Assembly (NCBI GenBank): GCA_001464545.1
Contig: LNFC01000011.1
Location: forward strand, 817 to 64,816
From: Acidobacteria bacterium Ga0077551
Lineage (GTDB): Bacteria; Pseudomonadota; Alphaproteobacteria; Caulobacterales; Hyphomonadaceae
DNA length: 64,000 nucleotides
Direction: 5' to 3'
Of the stretch, positions 17,812-29,617 are shown piece by piece (within the stretch, counting starts at the first letter, position 1; each line of letters begins with the position of its first letter). The translations under genes and the position numbers were made by a program. A model generated the notes under the pieces. The model made no database searches. It was given only the letters and a program-made list of their open reading frames with translations, and was not told where the DNA came from.

Positions 17812-18900
17812 TCAGGCGACGGCGAGCGACGGCTCTCCAAGATCCAGCGGGGCGACTTCCACCCGGTTGCGGCCGTTCTGCTTGGCGCGGTAAAGCGCCG
17901 TGTCCGCCCGCTCCAGGGCCGGCAGGATGTCGATGTCGGCAAAGCCGGGTTCGCTTATGCCGACGCTGATGGTGATCGAAAACCGGCCCGTCTTTCCGGA
18001 GAACTTCAAGTCGCTGACAGCCTCTCTGAGGCGGTTTGCCAGAATGGCGGCGCGCAAGGGTTCGGTTTCGGGCAGCACCATGGCGAATTCTTCGCCGCCG
18101 AGCCGGCCGAGCAGGTCTTCGTCCCGGATATTGGCGGTCAGACAGGCCACGAGCCGCGTCAGGACTTCGTCCCCGGCGGCGTGGCCATGCACGTCGTTCA
18201 CACGCTTGAAGTGGTCGATGTCCAGCATCATCGCCGTGACTGGCTTGACATGCCGGCTGGCGCGCAGGACCTCGCGCTCGGCAAACCGGAAGAAGGCCCG
18301 GCGGTTGAGCGCCTTGGTGAGAGGATCGGTCATCGCCAGGTCGAAGAGATCACACTTGTCGTGCTCGGCCTCGATGAGGTCGCGCACGGCATAGCGCGCA
18401 GCGCTCCGTACACAGATGTCCTGGCTGACGATTGCGGCAAAACTCTCCAGCAGGGCCAGCCGGCCTTCACCAAAGTCATTCGGTTTGCTGTCGATCAGGC
18501 AGAGCGTGCCGAAACGCTTGCCGTCCGGGTCCCGGAGCGGCGCGCCAGCGAAGAAGACGATTTTCTGCTGGCCGGTGACGGCCGGATCATTGGCGAAGTA
18601 GGGATCTTCGCGCACATCCGGCACGGCAAAGGCTGATTCCGACAGGTTCGCTTGCGAACAAAAGGCCTGCAGAGCCTCGATTTCCGCCGGGCTTGCTCCG
18701 TGGGCTGACCGATACCAGTTGCGGTAGCGCTCATTCAGGGAGGCGACGACAATCGGCACGCCCAGGGCCATTGCCGTGGTTTGAGCGATCTGCGATGCCA
18801 CGTGAACTTCCGAACCATTCAGGATTCGATAGCGCTGGAGAACCTCGCTCCGCTGCTGTTCGAACCTTAGGGGCGGATAGATCATGTTTTTCGTCTTCAT
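17812..18900 (-). CDS. GAF domain-containing diguanylate cyclase (GGDEF)
   Basis: N-terminal GAF-like region, then GGEEF active site with an RxxD I-site (RDED) five residues upstream. Confidence 0.85.
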   Translation of the reverse strand: MKTKNMIYPPLRFEQQRSEVLQRYRILNGSEVHVASQIAQTTAMALGVPIVVASLNERYRNWYRSAHGASPAEIEALQAFCSQANLSESAFAVPDVREDPYFANDPAVTGQQKIVFFAGAPLRDPDGKRFGTLCLIDSKPNDFGEGRLALLESFAAIVSQDICVRSAARYAVRDLIEAEHDKCDLFDLAMTDPLTKALNRRAFFRFAEREVLRASRHVKPVTAMMLDIDHFKRVNDVHGHAAGDEVLTRLVACLTANIRDEDLLGRLGGEEFAMVLPETEPLRAAILANRLREAVSDLKFSGKTGRFSITISVGISEPGFADIDILPALERADTALYRAKQNGRNRVEVAPLDLGEPSLAVA

Positions 18901-18946
18901 CGTGGAACGATTTCAGACGCTCAGGAATAGTGTTATCCAGTTTAGC

Positions 18947-18976
18947 ATTCGTTAGCGACGTTTTCCGCTAACGAAT
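18947..18976. promoter_or_regulatory. Perfect 11-bp inverted repeat ATTCGTTAGCG-N8-CGCTAACGAAT upstream of the GGDEF gene
   Basis: Read directly from the sequence. It lies 47-76 nt upstream of start codon 18900 and is followed on the + strand by a T-rich run. Confidence 0.3.
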
Positions 18977-19029
18977 TCCCTGTTTTTATTGGACTTTTTT
19001 CCCGGCACAAGGTGGCCGGCACCAGAGAA

Positions 19030-20763
19030 TCAGCGCGCCGCGACGAGGGTGCGCAGCTCGCGCCGAAGTATTTTTCCAATCGGAGATTTCGGCAATTCGT
19101 CGACAAAATGAATTGTCCGGGGGCGTTTGTAACCGGTCAGGTGCTGGGCGCAGTGGGCCTGCACATCCTGCACCGTCAGCCCATTCTCCCGTCGGACAAC
19201 AAAGGCATGCAACTCTTCCTCGGAATTGGCGACCTTAATGCCGGCGCTCGCCGCTTCCAGGACGCCCGGGCAAGCGTTGAGGACTTCGTCGACTTCGTTG
19301 GGGAACACGTTGAAGCCGCCGACGAGGACCATGTCCTTGGCGCGGTCGACGATCTTGAGATAGCCGTCCTGGTCAATCGTGCCGATGTCGCCGGTGCGCA
19401 TCCAGCCGTTGGCAAAGGCGGCGGCGGTTTCATCCGGGCGGTGCAGGTAGCCGGACATCAGCTGCGGTCCCTTGGCGACCACTTCGCCAACGTCTCCAGC
19501 ATCCCCGAAACGTCCGTCTTCGAGCAGGATCCGGATCTCAGTGCCCGGCAAGGGCAAGCCGGCCGTACCCGGACGTTCACGCGCGTCAGGCGGATTGATT
19601 GTCAGCAGGGTCGTGGCTTCGGTCATTCCGTAGCCTTCGATGATCTGGGCCGATGTCATCTCGCGCCAGCGTTTGCCGATCAGCGGGTCGAGTGCAGCGG
19701 CGCCGGAAATGGTCAGCGAGAGCTTCGGCGGGTTCTGCTGGAACCAGGGCTCTTCCATCAATTTGGCGAACAGGGTGTTTACGCCCGGGAAAATGTCGGG
19801 ACGGAATTTCTCGAAGCTCTTCTTCAGGTTCGATAGCGGGCGCGGGCTGGGCACCAGGACGATATGGACGCCGTGGCGCAGCGCTATGACCGAGGCAAAG
19901 AGGCCGAACACGTGATAGACCGGCAACGCGAGCAACATGGTCTGCCCCTGCAGCGTGGCAAGGCTGGGCGCCAGGGCGACGAACTGGTCAATGTTGGTGA
20001 TCAGGCCCGCTTCAGTAAGGCGAACGCCCTTGGACGTGCCGGTGGTTCCGCCCGAGTACTGGTAGATGGAGTCCCTGCCCGCCGGCAGCTCTTCCGTGTA
20101 CGCATGGACCGGGTTGGAGAACCTGGCGCCTTCGGAAATCGCCTTTCGAAGCGTGACATGCGCCGCCTTCAGCGGACGCTCAAGACGCTTGACCTTGCGA
20201 AGCAGGAAATCGAGACCCTTCCGCTTTACGGCCGGGAAGAAATCCGTCAGCGACAACGAGATGACATGCTTCACATCAGTGCCGGCCGTGGCCGCATCGA
20301 TTGTGTCCGCAAAGATGATCGATCCGATGAGAACCTGCGCCTTGCAATCGCGCAGCTGGCGGCGCGTTTCGGACTCGGTGTAGAGCGGGTTGACGTTCGA
20401 CAGGACGAGCCCTGCGCGCAGTACGCCCAGAAGACAGACAACGTAGCTGATGCAGTTTGGCGACTGGACCGCGACGACCGTGCCGGGCGCCAGCTTCAGC
20501 ACTTCGCGGAAATAGCGCGCAAGATTGGCCGACTGGCGTTCGACGTCGGCGAAGGTCAGCGAGGTCGAGATGCCGTTGGGTAGCGCCGTCGTCAGAAACG
20601 GCTTGTTTGCATAGGCCAACGCGGCGTCCCGCACGATGGCTTCGAGCCGTTGCGGTTCATATTTCGCCATTGCGCCATGAAACTCCAGCGCTTCCGCGTT
20701 GTACGACAGCAGATGCGGTTGTGGCGTAGGCGGAGGATTGGAGGAGAGTTCACGGGCGAGCAT
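19030..20763 (-). CDS. Long-chain-fatty-acid--CoA ligase / AMP-dependent synthetase
   Basis: AMP-binding motif YSGGTTGTSKGVRLT, TGD motif and C-terminal PKSPIGKILRREL. Confidence 0.85.
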   Translation of the reverse strand: MLARELSSNPPPTPQPHLLSYNAEALEFHGAMAKYEPQRLEAIVRDAALAYANKPFLTTALPNGISTSLTFADVERQSANLARYFREVLKLAPGTVVAVQSPNCISYVVCLLGVLRAGLVLSNVNPLYTESETRRQLRDCKAQVLIGSIIFADTIDAATAGTDVKHVISLSLTDFFPAVKRKGLDFLLRKVKRLERPLKAAHVTLRKAISEGARFSNPVHAYTEELPAGRDSIYQYSGGTTGTSKGVRLTEAGLITNIDQFVALAPSLATLQGQTMLLALPVYHVFGLFASVIALRHGVHIVLVPSPRPLSNLKKSFEKFRPDIFPGVNTLFAKLMEEPWFQQNPPKLSLTISGAAALDPLIGKRWREMTSAQIIEGYGMTEATTLLTINPPDARERPGTAGLPLPGTEIRILLEDGRFGDAGDVGEVVAKGPQLMSGYLHRPDETAAAFANGWMRTGDIGTIDQDGYLKIVDRAKDMVLVGGFNVFPNEVDEVLNACPGVLEAASAGIKVANSEEELHAFVVRRENGLTVQDVQAHCAQHLTGYKRPRTIHFVDELPKSPIGKILRRELRTLVAAR

Positions 20764-21142
20764 GGTTGGATCCGGTTCTTTGTGAGAGCCTGCATCCTCT
20801 CACATTTTGGTTTGCGCCCCATTCAGCGTCCTGCGTGAACTCCGCGTAGTCCGGTAACTCCTTGTAAAGAGCTTCAGAAGCTGCCCGCCCCATTGTCAGA
20901 AAGACATTCGCAGCTGCTGCGAACCTGTTCTGTCTTCTGAAGGCCGCTGCGAGAACAGATAGCCCGCGAACGTCAAAGCAGTGCAAGCGACAACCAGGTG
21001 CAGCGGCTCAGAGGGACAGACAGATTCAAAATACGAACCCGGAAGCGGATCGGCGTTTCACGACTTCTGCGCTGTTCCGCGGCTTCCCCAACTGCCGGAA
21101 CGCGCCTTTAGCTGCCTCGCTAACCAGCCCGCCGGCCGAGCC

Positions 21143-21928
21143 TCAAGGGCCCGTGAAGCGGATCGTGCCCGTTTCCAGTCCTGACAGCACTATCTCCCGG
21201 CCGCCGGACTTCATCATCCATTCCAGCCGGTGATCCCGGTACTGGCGTTTGAACAGGCCCGCCTTCACGGCCTGGTCGACTTGCGCCATGCCGCCGACGG
21301 AGGCTTCGGACTCCTTGCGGGTCTGCGCCACGCTGGCACGTGCATTCGCCCGCTCGAACCAGCGCGCAAGCCGTGATCCTGCCGCTGGCGCGATGCCGAA
21401 GCCGGCGGCGCCGTTCAGGTAAGGCACCACGCTCAGATCACCCCAGCCGAACTTCGCGCCGTTGAACCAGTCTGCATCGCCGAGTTGGGTTTCCAGCATC
21501 GCAAAGAACGCGCTCGCCTGGGTCCTGGCCTGGGCTTCCATGTGCGCCTTAAGCGGGCCGTCTGCACGCTTGAAGAAGTTCAGCTCCCCGAGGCCCCAGG
21601 TGATGGCTTCGAACTGGGTATCCATCACGTCTTCGATCATCCGCACCTTCGCTCTGTGCGCAGGTTCAGCGGGCAACATCGGCGGCGCAGGCCAGACGTC
21701 TTCGATGTATTCTAGGATGATCGTGCTGTCGAAAATGGCGGTGCCGCCGTGGATCAACGCCGGAACCTCGCCGCGTGGATTGGCGCTGGCAAAACCGCCG
21801 CCTGTTGCGCCGGTACCAATCCCCTCCGGCAAGCGCACGTCGAAGGGCACGGCCTTTTCACGCAGCGAAATCTTGACCTTCTGTGCGTAGGGTGAAAGCG
21901 GGTGTTCGTAGAGAAGCAGGTCTGACAT
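21143..21928 (-). CDS. Glutathione S-transferase family protein
   Basis: N-terminal thioredoxin-like fold LLLYEHPLSPYAQKVKISL, EVPALIHGGTAIFDSTIILEYIE. Confidence 0.8.
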   Translation of the reverse strand: MSDLLLYEHPLSPYAQKVKISLREKAVPFDVRLPEGIGTGATGGGFASANPRGEVPALIHGGTAIFDSTIILEYIEDVWPAPPMLPAEPAHRAKVRMIEDVMDTQFEAITWGLGELNFFKRADGPLKAHMEAQARTQASAFFAMLETQLGDADWFNGAKFGWGDLSVVPYLNGAAGFGIAPAAGSRLARWFERANARASVAQTRKESEASVGGMAQVDQAVKAGLFKRQYRDHRLEWMMKSGGREIVLSGLETGTIRFTGP

Positions 21929-22124
21929 CGTTCATCTCCCGTGCGGCGTTGGCAGAGCCACTTGGGTTTGAACTTGCCATGGGTTCGGCTGGAAACAAGC
22001 CAGCGCTGCGATTGACCTCGCGTCTTACCGTGCTTGCAAACCCGAAAGCCTACTGTCGGCAACGACATCGAAAGCGAGCGGGCCCGACTGACGCAGCGGG
22101 CGCGCTGTCCCGGCATCCGGCCAA

Positions 22125-22163
22125 GAAAAAAGGGCGGACCGCAAAGGTCCGCCCTCTTGTTTT
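22125..22163 (-). terminator. Rho-independent (bidirectional) terminator downstream of katG
   Basis: AAAAAAA-GGGCGGACC-gcaaa-GGTCCGCCC-TCTTGTTTT. A second hairpin CCCGGCC/GGCCGGG lies at 22172..22190. Confidence 0.8.
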
Positions 22164-22207
22164 CAGGCGAGGTCCCGGCCTGTCCGGCCGGGAGTAGCCT
22201 CTACCCT

Positions 22208-24424
<2,217 letters not shown>

Positions 24425-24529
24425 TTAACAGAATCTGTGGTCGCAGGCTGAAGCTTCGGCCGCTATAGATCAAATAGATTTTACGCGCCTAAGCTATAGG
24501 AACGCCCACTAGCAGCGGGTGCCGGCCTC

Positions 24530-25954
24530 TCAGACGGCTGCAGGCTTCCGCGTGAACACGGTTTGCGCCTGGCAGAATTCCAACACACCGTCTGGTCCGC
24601 CTTCCACGCCGATGCCGGATTGCTTGAAGCCGCCAAAGGCCGCGTGCGGGCTGAGGTGCTGGCTCTCGTTGATCCAGACCGTGCCCGCCTGCAGGCGGGT
24701 CGCGATGTCCTGCGCGCGGTCGATGTCACTCGACCAGATCGAAGCGCCGAGGCCATACTCGCTGTCATTGGCGCGGCCGATGACGTCGTCGAGATTGTCG
24801 AACTTGAGCAGCGGCAACACCGGGCCGAACTGTTCCTCCTGCACGATGCGGGCGGACTCGGGCGGATTGTCGAGGATGGTGATCGGCACGAAATAACCCG
24901 GCACCTTGGAGGCCTCGCCGCCGATCAGGAACTTGTAGCCATTGTCCTTGGCATCCTGGATCAGTTCCAGCACGCGCTTGTACTGGGCAGAGTTCTGGAT
25001 CGGGCCGATCTGGGTGCCCTGCTCTGCGCCATCGCCGATCTTGACGGTCTTGGCGTACTCGACAATCGCCGCCTTGAGGGGCTCGTAGATGTCCTTGTGG
25101 ATATACATCCGCTTGGTGGCGATGCAGATCTGCCCGGTATTGCGGAACGCCGCCCAGAACAGATCTTCCGCCACCTTCTTAACGTCCACATCCGGCATCA
25201 CGATGGCCGGGTCGTTGCCGCCGAGTTCAAGCGTCACGCGCTTCAGCGAGCCGGCCGCGCTCTCCATCACTTTCTTGCCGGTCTGGGTCGAGCCGGTGAA
25301 GCTCACCTTGTCGACGCCCTTGTGCGCCGTCAGCCAGGGACCAAGACGGTCCGATCCGGACACCACGTTCAGCACACCGTCCGGCAACACGCCGCGCAGC
25401 AGCTCGCCGATGCGCAGCGTCGTCAGCGGCGTCGTGGGGGCCGGCTTCAGCACGACCGTGTTTCCTGCCAGCAAGGCCGGGCCCAGCTTGAACGCCGCCA
25501 GGATGACGGGGAAGTTCCACGGCACGATCGCGGCGACGACGCCGATCGGCCCGTAGCGCGTCACGGCATGCCGCTCGGCCGAGTCTTCCGAAACATGTTC
25601 CGGGATCTCGTGCTTGGAGGATTCCATCAGCCAGAAGGCGCCGCCACCGACATCGCCTTCGGCGTCGGGGTGCGGCTTGCCCTGCTCGCGCGTCAGCAGG
25701 CGCGAAAGCTCCGGAATGTTCTGCATGATGATGCCCGCCATCACGTTCAGCAGCTCGCGCCGCTTGGCGATGGGCGTGGCCTTCCAGGCCGGGAACGCCG
25801 CCCGGGCCGCTGCAACCGCTGTGTCCAGTTCCGCTTTCGAACAATCCGGCGCCTGCGCGAACACTTCGCCAGTCGCCGGATTTTCGACGCCGAAGGTTTC
25901 AGTGCCGGCAACTGCCTTGCCGTTGATGGTCATCGTGAACTTGTGGTCAGCCAT
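24530..25954 (-). CDS. NAD(P)-dependent aldehyde dehydrogenase
   Basis: ELGGNDP glutamate motif and catalytic Cys context NTGQICIATKR. ATG 25954 has a GGGAGGA RBS. Confidence 0.85.
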   Translation of the reverse strand: MADHKFTMTINGKAVAGTETFGVENPATGEVFAQAPDCSKAELDTAVAAARAAFPAWKATPIAKRRELLNVMAGIIMQNIPELSRLLTREQGKPHPDAEGDVGGGAFWLMESSKHEIPEHVSEDSAERHAVTRYGPIGVVAAIVPWNFPVILAAFKLGPALLAGNTVVLKPAPTTPLTTLRIGELLRGVLPDGVLNVVSGSDRLGPWLTAHKGVDKVSFTGSTQTGKKVMESAAGSLKRVTLELGGNDPAIVMPDVDVKKVAEDLFWAAFRNTGQICIATKRMYIHKDIYEPLKAAIVEYAKTVKIGDGAEQGTQIGPIQNSAQYKRVLELIQDAKDNGYKFLIGGEASKVPGYFVPITILDNPPESARIVQEEQFGPVLPLLKFDNLDDVIGRANDSEYGLGASIWSSDIDRAQDIATRLQAGTVWINESQHLSPHAAFGGFKQSGIGVEGGPDGVLEFCQAQTVFTRKPAAV

Positions 25955-26020
25955 TGCCGTGTCCTCCCGGTCTATCGCGACACTCAACGCCACACCGCGC
26001 AATTTCACAAGTCTGCGGAC

Positions 26021-27226
26021 TTATTCCATTTGGTCACGATCCAACGCGCGCTGCACATCCTTGTAGAACTCCCGCCGCGCTTCCCACTCTCCGCCGCGCA
26101 GGCCGAGCGCCGATGTCCAGCTGGCATTGGAGGCGATCACAAGGTTGCGGTTCGGGTCGATGAAAATGCCCTGGCCGAAAATCCCGTCGGCCTGGTACGA
26201 GCCATCATCCCAGGTCCACCACTGGTATCCGTACCCTTCACCGGCCGAGTTGATGTCGGCCTGTTTTTGAGTCGCCGCAGCGATCCAGCCTTCCGGCAGG
26301 ATGCTCTCGCCGCCCACCACGCCGCCGGCCAGCATGAACAGGCCGAACCGCGCAAAGTCACGCGTGGTCGCCTGGATACAGCACCCCGCAATCTCGTGCC
26401 CGTCCTGTCCGAGCAACCAGGTGGCATCCTGCTCCATCCCGAAGGGCGTCCAGATTTTCTCGGACAGATAGGCGTTCAGCGTCTTGCCCGTCGCCTCACT
26501 GACCAGAACGCCGATCAGGTTCGTCTCGCCGGTCGAGTAGTTCCACTGCTCTCCCGCCGGATGCGCCCGCGGCAGCCCGGCCATGTAGGCGGCGACCGTG
26601 CTGACGCCTTCGACAGGCGCCTGCAGATCAAACCGCGCCACATCCGACTCCGGATCCTCATAATCCTCGTTCCACGCCACACCGGACGTCATCGTCAGCA
26701 ACTGCTCGATGGTCACAGAGTCATATTCCGAGCCCTTGAGGTCGGAGATGTATGTGCTGACGGGCTCATCGAGGCTCTTGATGTACCCATCCTTCATCGC
26801 CGCACCGACCAGCGTAGATGTCAGCGATTTGGCGACCGAGAAACTCGTCCACTTCCCAGACGCGCTGAAATCAAGGCCGTAGCGCTCAAGACGCACCTTT
26901 CCGTCGTGTACGATTATCAGAGACGCACTGCGCTGGCTCGCGAGGTAGGCATCGAGATCGAGGTCGAGATCGATCGGCTCGCCATCCGTCAGCGGATAAA
27001 TGGTTTCGCCCGCCGCGATCGGACGCGATTCCACGATCATCGGCACGCGGTCGATCATCCGGAAACCGGCATCCCGCTGGGCTTGGCTCCAGAACAGGAC
27101 ATCCCGGCCAACCGGCGGGTGGGTAAGCAAGGCCCGCCAATCCGGCCCAATCAATATCCAGCCCGCCCCGAGCACCACCAGGAGCGCGGCCACCCCAATT
27201 CCCAAACGCCGAATCCAGACTGACAT
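26021..27226 (-). CDS. Serine hydrolase, beta-lactamase/transpeptidase fold, N-terminally membrane-anchored
   Basis: SxxK motif SVAKS and N-terminal hydrophobic anchor IGVAALLVVLGAGWILIG. Confidence 0.75.
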   Translation of the reverse strand: MSVWIRRLGIGVAALLVVLGAGWILIGPDWRALLTHPPVGRDVLFWSQAQRDAGFRMIDRVPMIVESRPIAAGETIYPLTDGEPIDLDLDLDAYLASQRSASLIIVHDGKVRLERYGLDFSASGKWTSFSVAKSLTSTLVGAAMKDGYIKSLDEPVSTYISDLKGSEYDSVTIEQLLTMTSGVAWNEDYEDPESDVARFDLQAPVEGVSTVAAYMAGLPRAHPAGEQWNYSTGETNLIGVLVSEATGKTLNAYLSEKIWTPFGMEQDATWLLGQDGHEIAGCCIQATTRDFARFGLFMLAGGVVGGESILPEGWIAAATQKQADINSAGEGYGYQWWTWDDGSYQADGIFGQGIFIDPNRNLVIASNASWTSALGLRGGEWEARREFYKDVQRALDRDQME

Positions 27227-27356
27227 TTCATCCCCTCCCGTTTTTCCAGACCACTCCTATCCCGGCCCGCGCCGATCCGAAACCTGCCTTCCAAACGGCC
27301 CCATCCGTTGTTGCCCCAGCGTCAGCCATAACTCGTCTCCAAAACCCGCTTGTCGG

Positions 27357-27389
27357 AATTTTTGAAACATGTTCTAATTTTTCAAACAT
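27357..27389. promoter_or_regulatory. AT-rich direct repeat / palindrome, candidate promoter-operator of the 27412..32801 operon
   Basis: AATTTTTGAAACAT (27357..27370) and AATTTTTCAAACAT (27376..27389). The first copy contains the palindrome AACATGTT. It lies 23-55 nt upstream of ATG 27412. Confidence 0.35.
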
Positions 27390-27411
27390 TCCACAAAAGG
27401 GACCTGAGGAA

Positions 27412-27648
27412 ATGCCGGCCACCGAACTCTCGACTGTGCGCAAATCGATCCTTCCCAAGGGCGGCGACACTTGGCAGTCGATCGCAGCCCGCTGCCTCTC
27501 CGGCACACCGGAAGCCGAAGCCGTCTCCCAGTTGCAAAGCTGGAACCTGCACGTCTTCATGCGCGCCTCGGGCGCCGCAGGCAGCATGCGCGGCACGAAC
27601 CCCATCCTGCCGAGCGATGTCATCTTCATCGAGCCGCCGCGCGCCTGA
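27412..27648 (+). CDS. Small LysM / phage tail protein X-like protein
   Basis: 78 aa. GGDTWQSIAARC...ILPSDVIFIEPP follows the LysM/gpX pattern. High GC3, GAGGA RBS, and its stop lies 3 nt before the next ORF. Confidence 0.55.
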   Translation: MPATELSTVRKSILPKGGDTWQSIAARCLSGTPEAEAVSQLQSWNLHVFMRASGAAGSMRGTNPILPSDVIFIEPPRA

Positions 27649-27651
27649 TCG

Positions 27652-27906
27652 ATGAGCGGCGCAAAGGTCAGCCATGTCCAGATTGCCGCCGCGCATGACG
27701 GCGAGGCCGAACTGGTCGTGACGCTGTCGTTCGAGAACGGCGGCCAGTCTCTGGTAGCGCTGGACGAGTTCGCCGCCCGCTCCTTGCTCGCGTCCTGCGC
27801 GGCTGACTCGGCGGACGGTTTGATCGGCGCCAGCTGGGAACAGGTCCGCGACGCCCTCGTTGCTTCATCCGGCAGGTATGCCGAAACTCAGAACACAGAA
27901 CATTAG
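27652..27906 (+). CDS. Hypothetical small protein
   Basis: 84 aa with no recognised motif, tightly packed between operon members and with coding-like GC3. Confidence 0.45.
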   Translation: MSGAKVSHVQIAAAHDGEAELVVTLSFENGGQSLVALDEFAARSLLASCAADSADGLIGASWEQVRDALVASSGRYAETQNTEH

Positions 27907-27919
27907 GGAGGAATTTGAA

Positions 27920-29617
27920 ATGTACGATCTGGTGATCAGGAATGGCCGTGTGGTCGATGGCTCCGGCATGCCGGCCTACAATGCCGACATCGCGCTCAGC
28001 GGCAATCGCATCGCGAAAATCGGCCGCATCTCCGAGAAAGGCCGCAAGGAAATCGACGCAGAGGGTAAGGTCGTCTCGCCCGGCTTCATCGATCCGCACA
28101 CGCACTTTGATGCGCAACTCCTCTGGGACGGCTACGCCAAGCCTGCGCTCTCACACGGCGTCACCACCATCGTGCCGGGCAACTGCTCGCTCTCCCTCGC
28201 GCCGCTGCGCGCCGAGTTCCGCACCAAGCTCGTCGGCATGTTCAACCAGATCGAAGAGATGCCGCTGAAAGCCTTCAAGGAAGGCGTTGTCTGGGACTGG
28301 GAAACCTTCTCCGAATATATCACGCGCATCCGCAAGGGCCTCGCCATCAACGTCGCCCCGCTCGTCGGCCACTCCGTCATCCGCCTCTGGGTGATGGGTG
28401 AAGCCGCCATGGAGCGCACCGCCACGCCGGAAGAGATCGCCGAAATGCAGGGCGTGCTGCGTGAATGCCTCGACGCCGGCGCCATCGGCCTCTCCACCAG
28501 CTATGTGGATATGGACGAAAAGCTCCAGCCAGTACCCAGCCGCTACGCGGACGCCGCCGAAGTCGAAGCCTTCGCCAGCGTGCTCGGCGAGTATGGCCGC
28601 ATCCTCCAGATCGTCCCGGAATTCTACGACGCCGACCTCACCATCGCCCGTCTCGACCAGCTGGCTGAAATCTCCCTCAAGTACGGGATTCCAACCACGT
28701 TCTCGCCGCTCTTCGTCAACGCCGACAACGTCGACGCGGTCGACCGCGTCATGCGCCGCGTCGATGAGCAGTTCGCCCGCGGTGCGCGCGTCTGGCCGCA
28801 GGTGCAGACCCGCCCGATCGACATCAGCTTCTGCTTCGCTGTGCCGAGCCTCCTCTTCATCCGCCTGCCCGGCTGGTACCGCATCATGCGCTTCGGTACG
28901 CCGGACCAGATCGTCGCTGCCTTCAAGGATCCCGCGACCCGCGAGAAACTTGTCGCCGAGTCCGCCGTCTACAACGCCCTCTGGCCGAACCTCCGCCTGC
29001 GCCTGGTGCAGACCGAAGCGAACCAGAAATATGTCGGCATGACCGTCGGAGAAATCGCCGCCGCACGCGGCACCACGCCGATTGACGTGATGATCGACCT
29101 CTCCATCGAAGAGCATCTCGACGCCCACTTCCTCGCCGCCGACATGGGCCACAATTCCGACGAGCGCGTCGGCGCCCTGCTCAAGCACCCCCGCGTGCAC
29201 ATCGGCGCCAGCGACGGCGGCGCACACATCCTGTCCTTCTCGACCTACGGAGACACCGGCTTCCTGTTCGCGCACTATGTCCGTGAACTGAACGCCATGT
29301 CGATCGAGTCCGCCGTCAAGAAGATCACCTCCGAAACCGCCGCCATCTGGGGCATTCCGGACCGCGGCCTCCTGCAGCAGGGCTACATCGCCGACATCGT
29401 GATCTTCGATCCACAGACGATCAATCGCGGCGAAGAGAAGTACGTCCAGGACGTGCCCGGTGATGGCAGCCGCTATATCCGGGACGCCATGGGCGTCGAC
29501 ACGGTGATCGTCGGCGGCGGCGTCGCCTGGACGGCAGTCGCCGGCTACAATGCCGAGACGCGCGGCGAAATCCTCCCCGGCCAGGTGCAGGACACTCGTA
29601 CGCTGGTGCCGGCATGA
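27920..29617 (+). CDS. Amidohydrolase, N-acyl-D-amino-acid deacylase (D-aminoacylase) family
   Basis: MYDLVIRNGRVVDGSG...VVSPGFIDPHTHFD metal-binding HxH motif. GGGAGG RBS before ATG 27920. Confidence 0.8.
   Translation: MYDLVIRNGRVVDGSGMPAYNADIALSGNRIAKIGRISEKGRKEIDAEGKVVSPGFIDPHTHFDAQLLWDGYAKPALSHGVTTIVPGNCSLSLAPLRAEFRTKLVGMFNQIEEMPLKAFKEGVVWDWETFSEYITRIRKGLAINVAPLVGHSVIRLWVMGEAAMERTATPEEIAEMQGVLRECLDAGAIGLSTSYVDMDEKLQPVPSRYADAAEVEAFASVLGEYGRILQIVPEFYDADLTIARLDQLAEISLKYGIPTTFSPLFVNADNVDAVDRVMRRVDEQFARGARVWPQVQTRPIDISFCFAVPSLLFIRLPGWYRIMRFGTPDQIVAAFKDPATREKLVAESAVYNALWPNLRLRLVQTEANQKYVGMTVGEIAAARGTTPIDVMIDLSIEEHLDAHFLAADMGHNSDERVGALLKHPRVHIGASDGGAHILSFSTYGDTGFLFAHYVRELNAMSIESAVKKITSETAAIWGIPDRGLLQQGYIADIVIFDPQTINRGEEKYVQDVPGDGSRYIRDAMGVDTVIVGGGVAWTAVAGYNAETRGEILPGQVQDTRTLVPA

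Noticed and set aside
20750-20986. 78-aa minus-strand ORF in the GST / acyl-CoA ligase gap
   Set aside because: Third-position GC is low, many rare codons are used, it overlaps the ligase start, and there is no RBS. I treat it as non-coding.
24463-24499. CTATAG...ATAG...CTATAG strings upstream of katG as an OxyR site
   Set aside because: The ATAG/CTAT elements are not spaced as in the OxyR consensus (ATAG-N7-CTAT repeats), and no oxyR gene is adjacent. I cannot support the call from sequence alone.
24563-27223. 886-aa ORF on the + strand
   Set aside because: It is antisense to the aldehyde dehydrogenase and beta-lactamase-fold genes and spans their intergenic gap. The translation is low-complexity and Arg-rich with no domain signatures.
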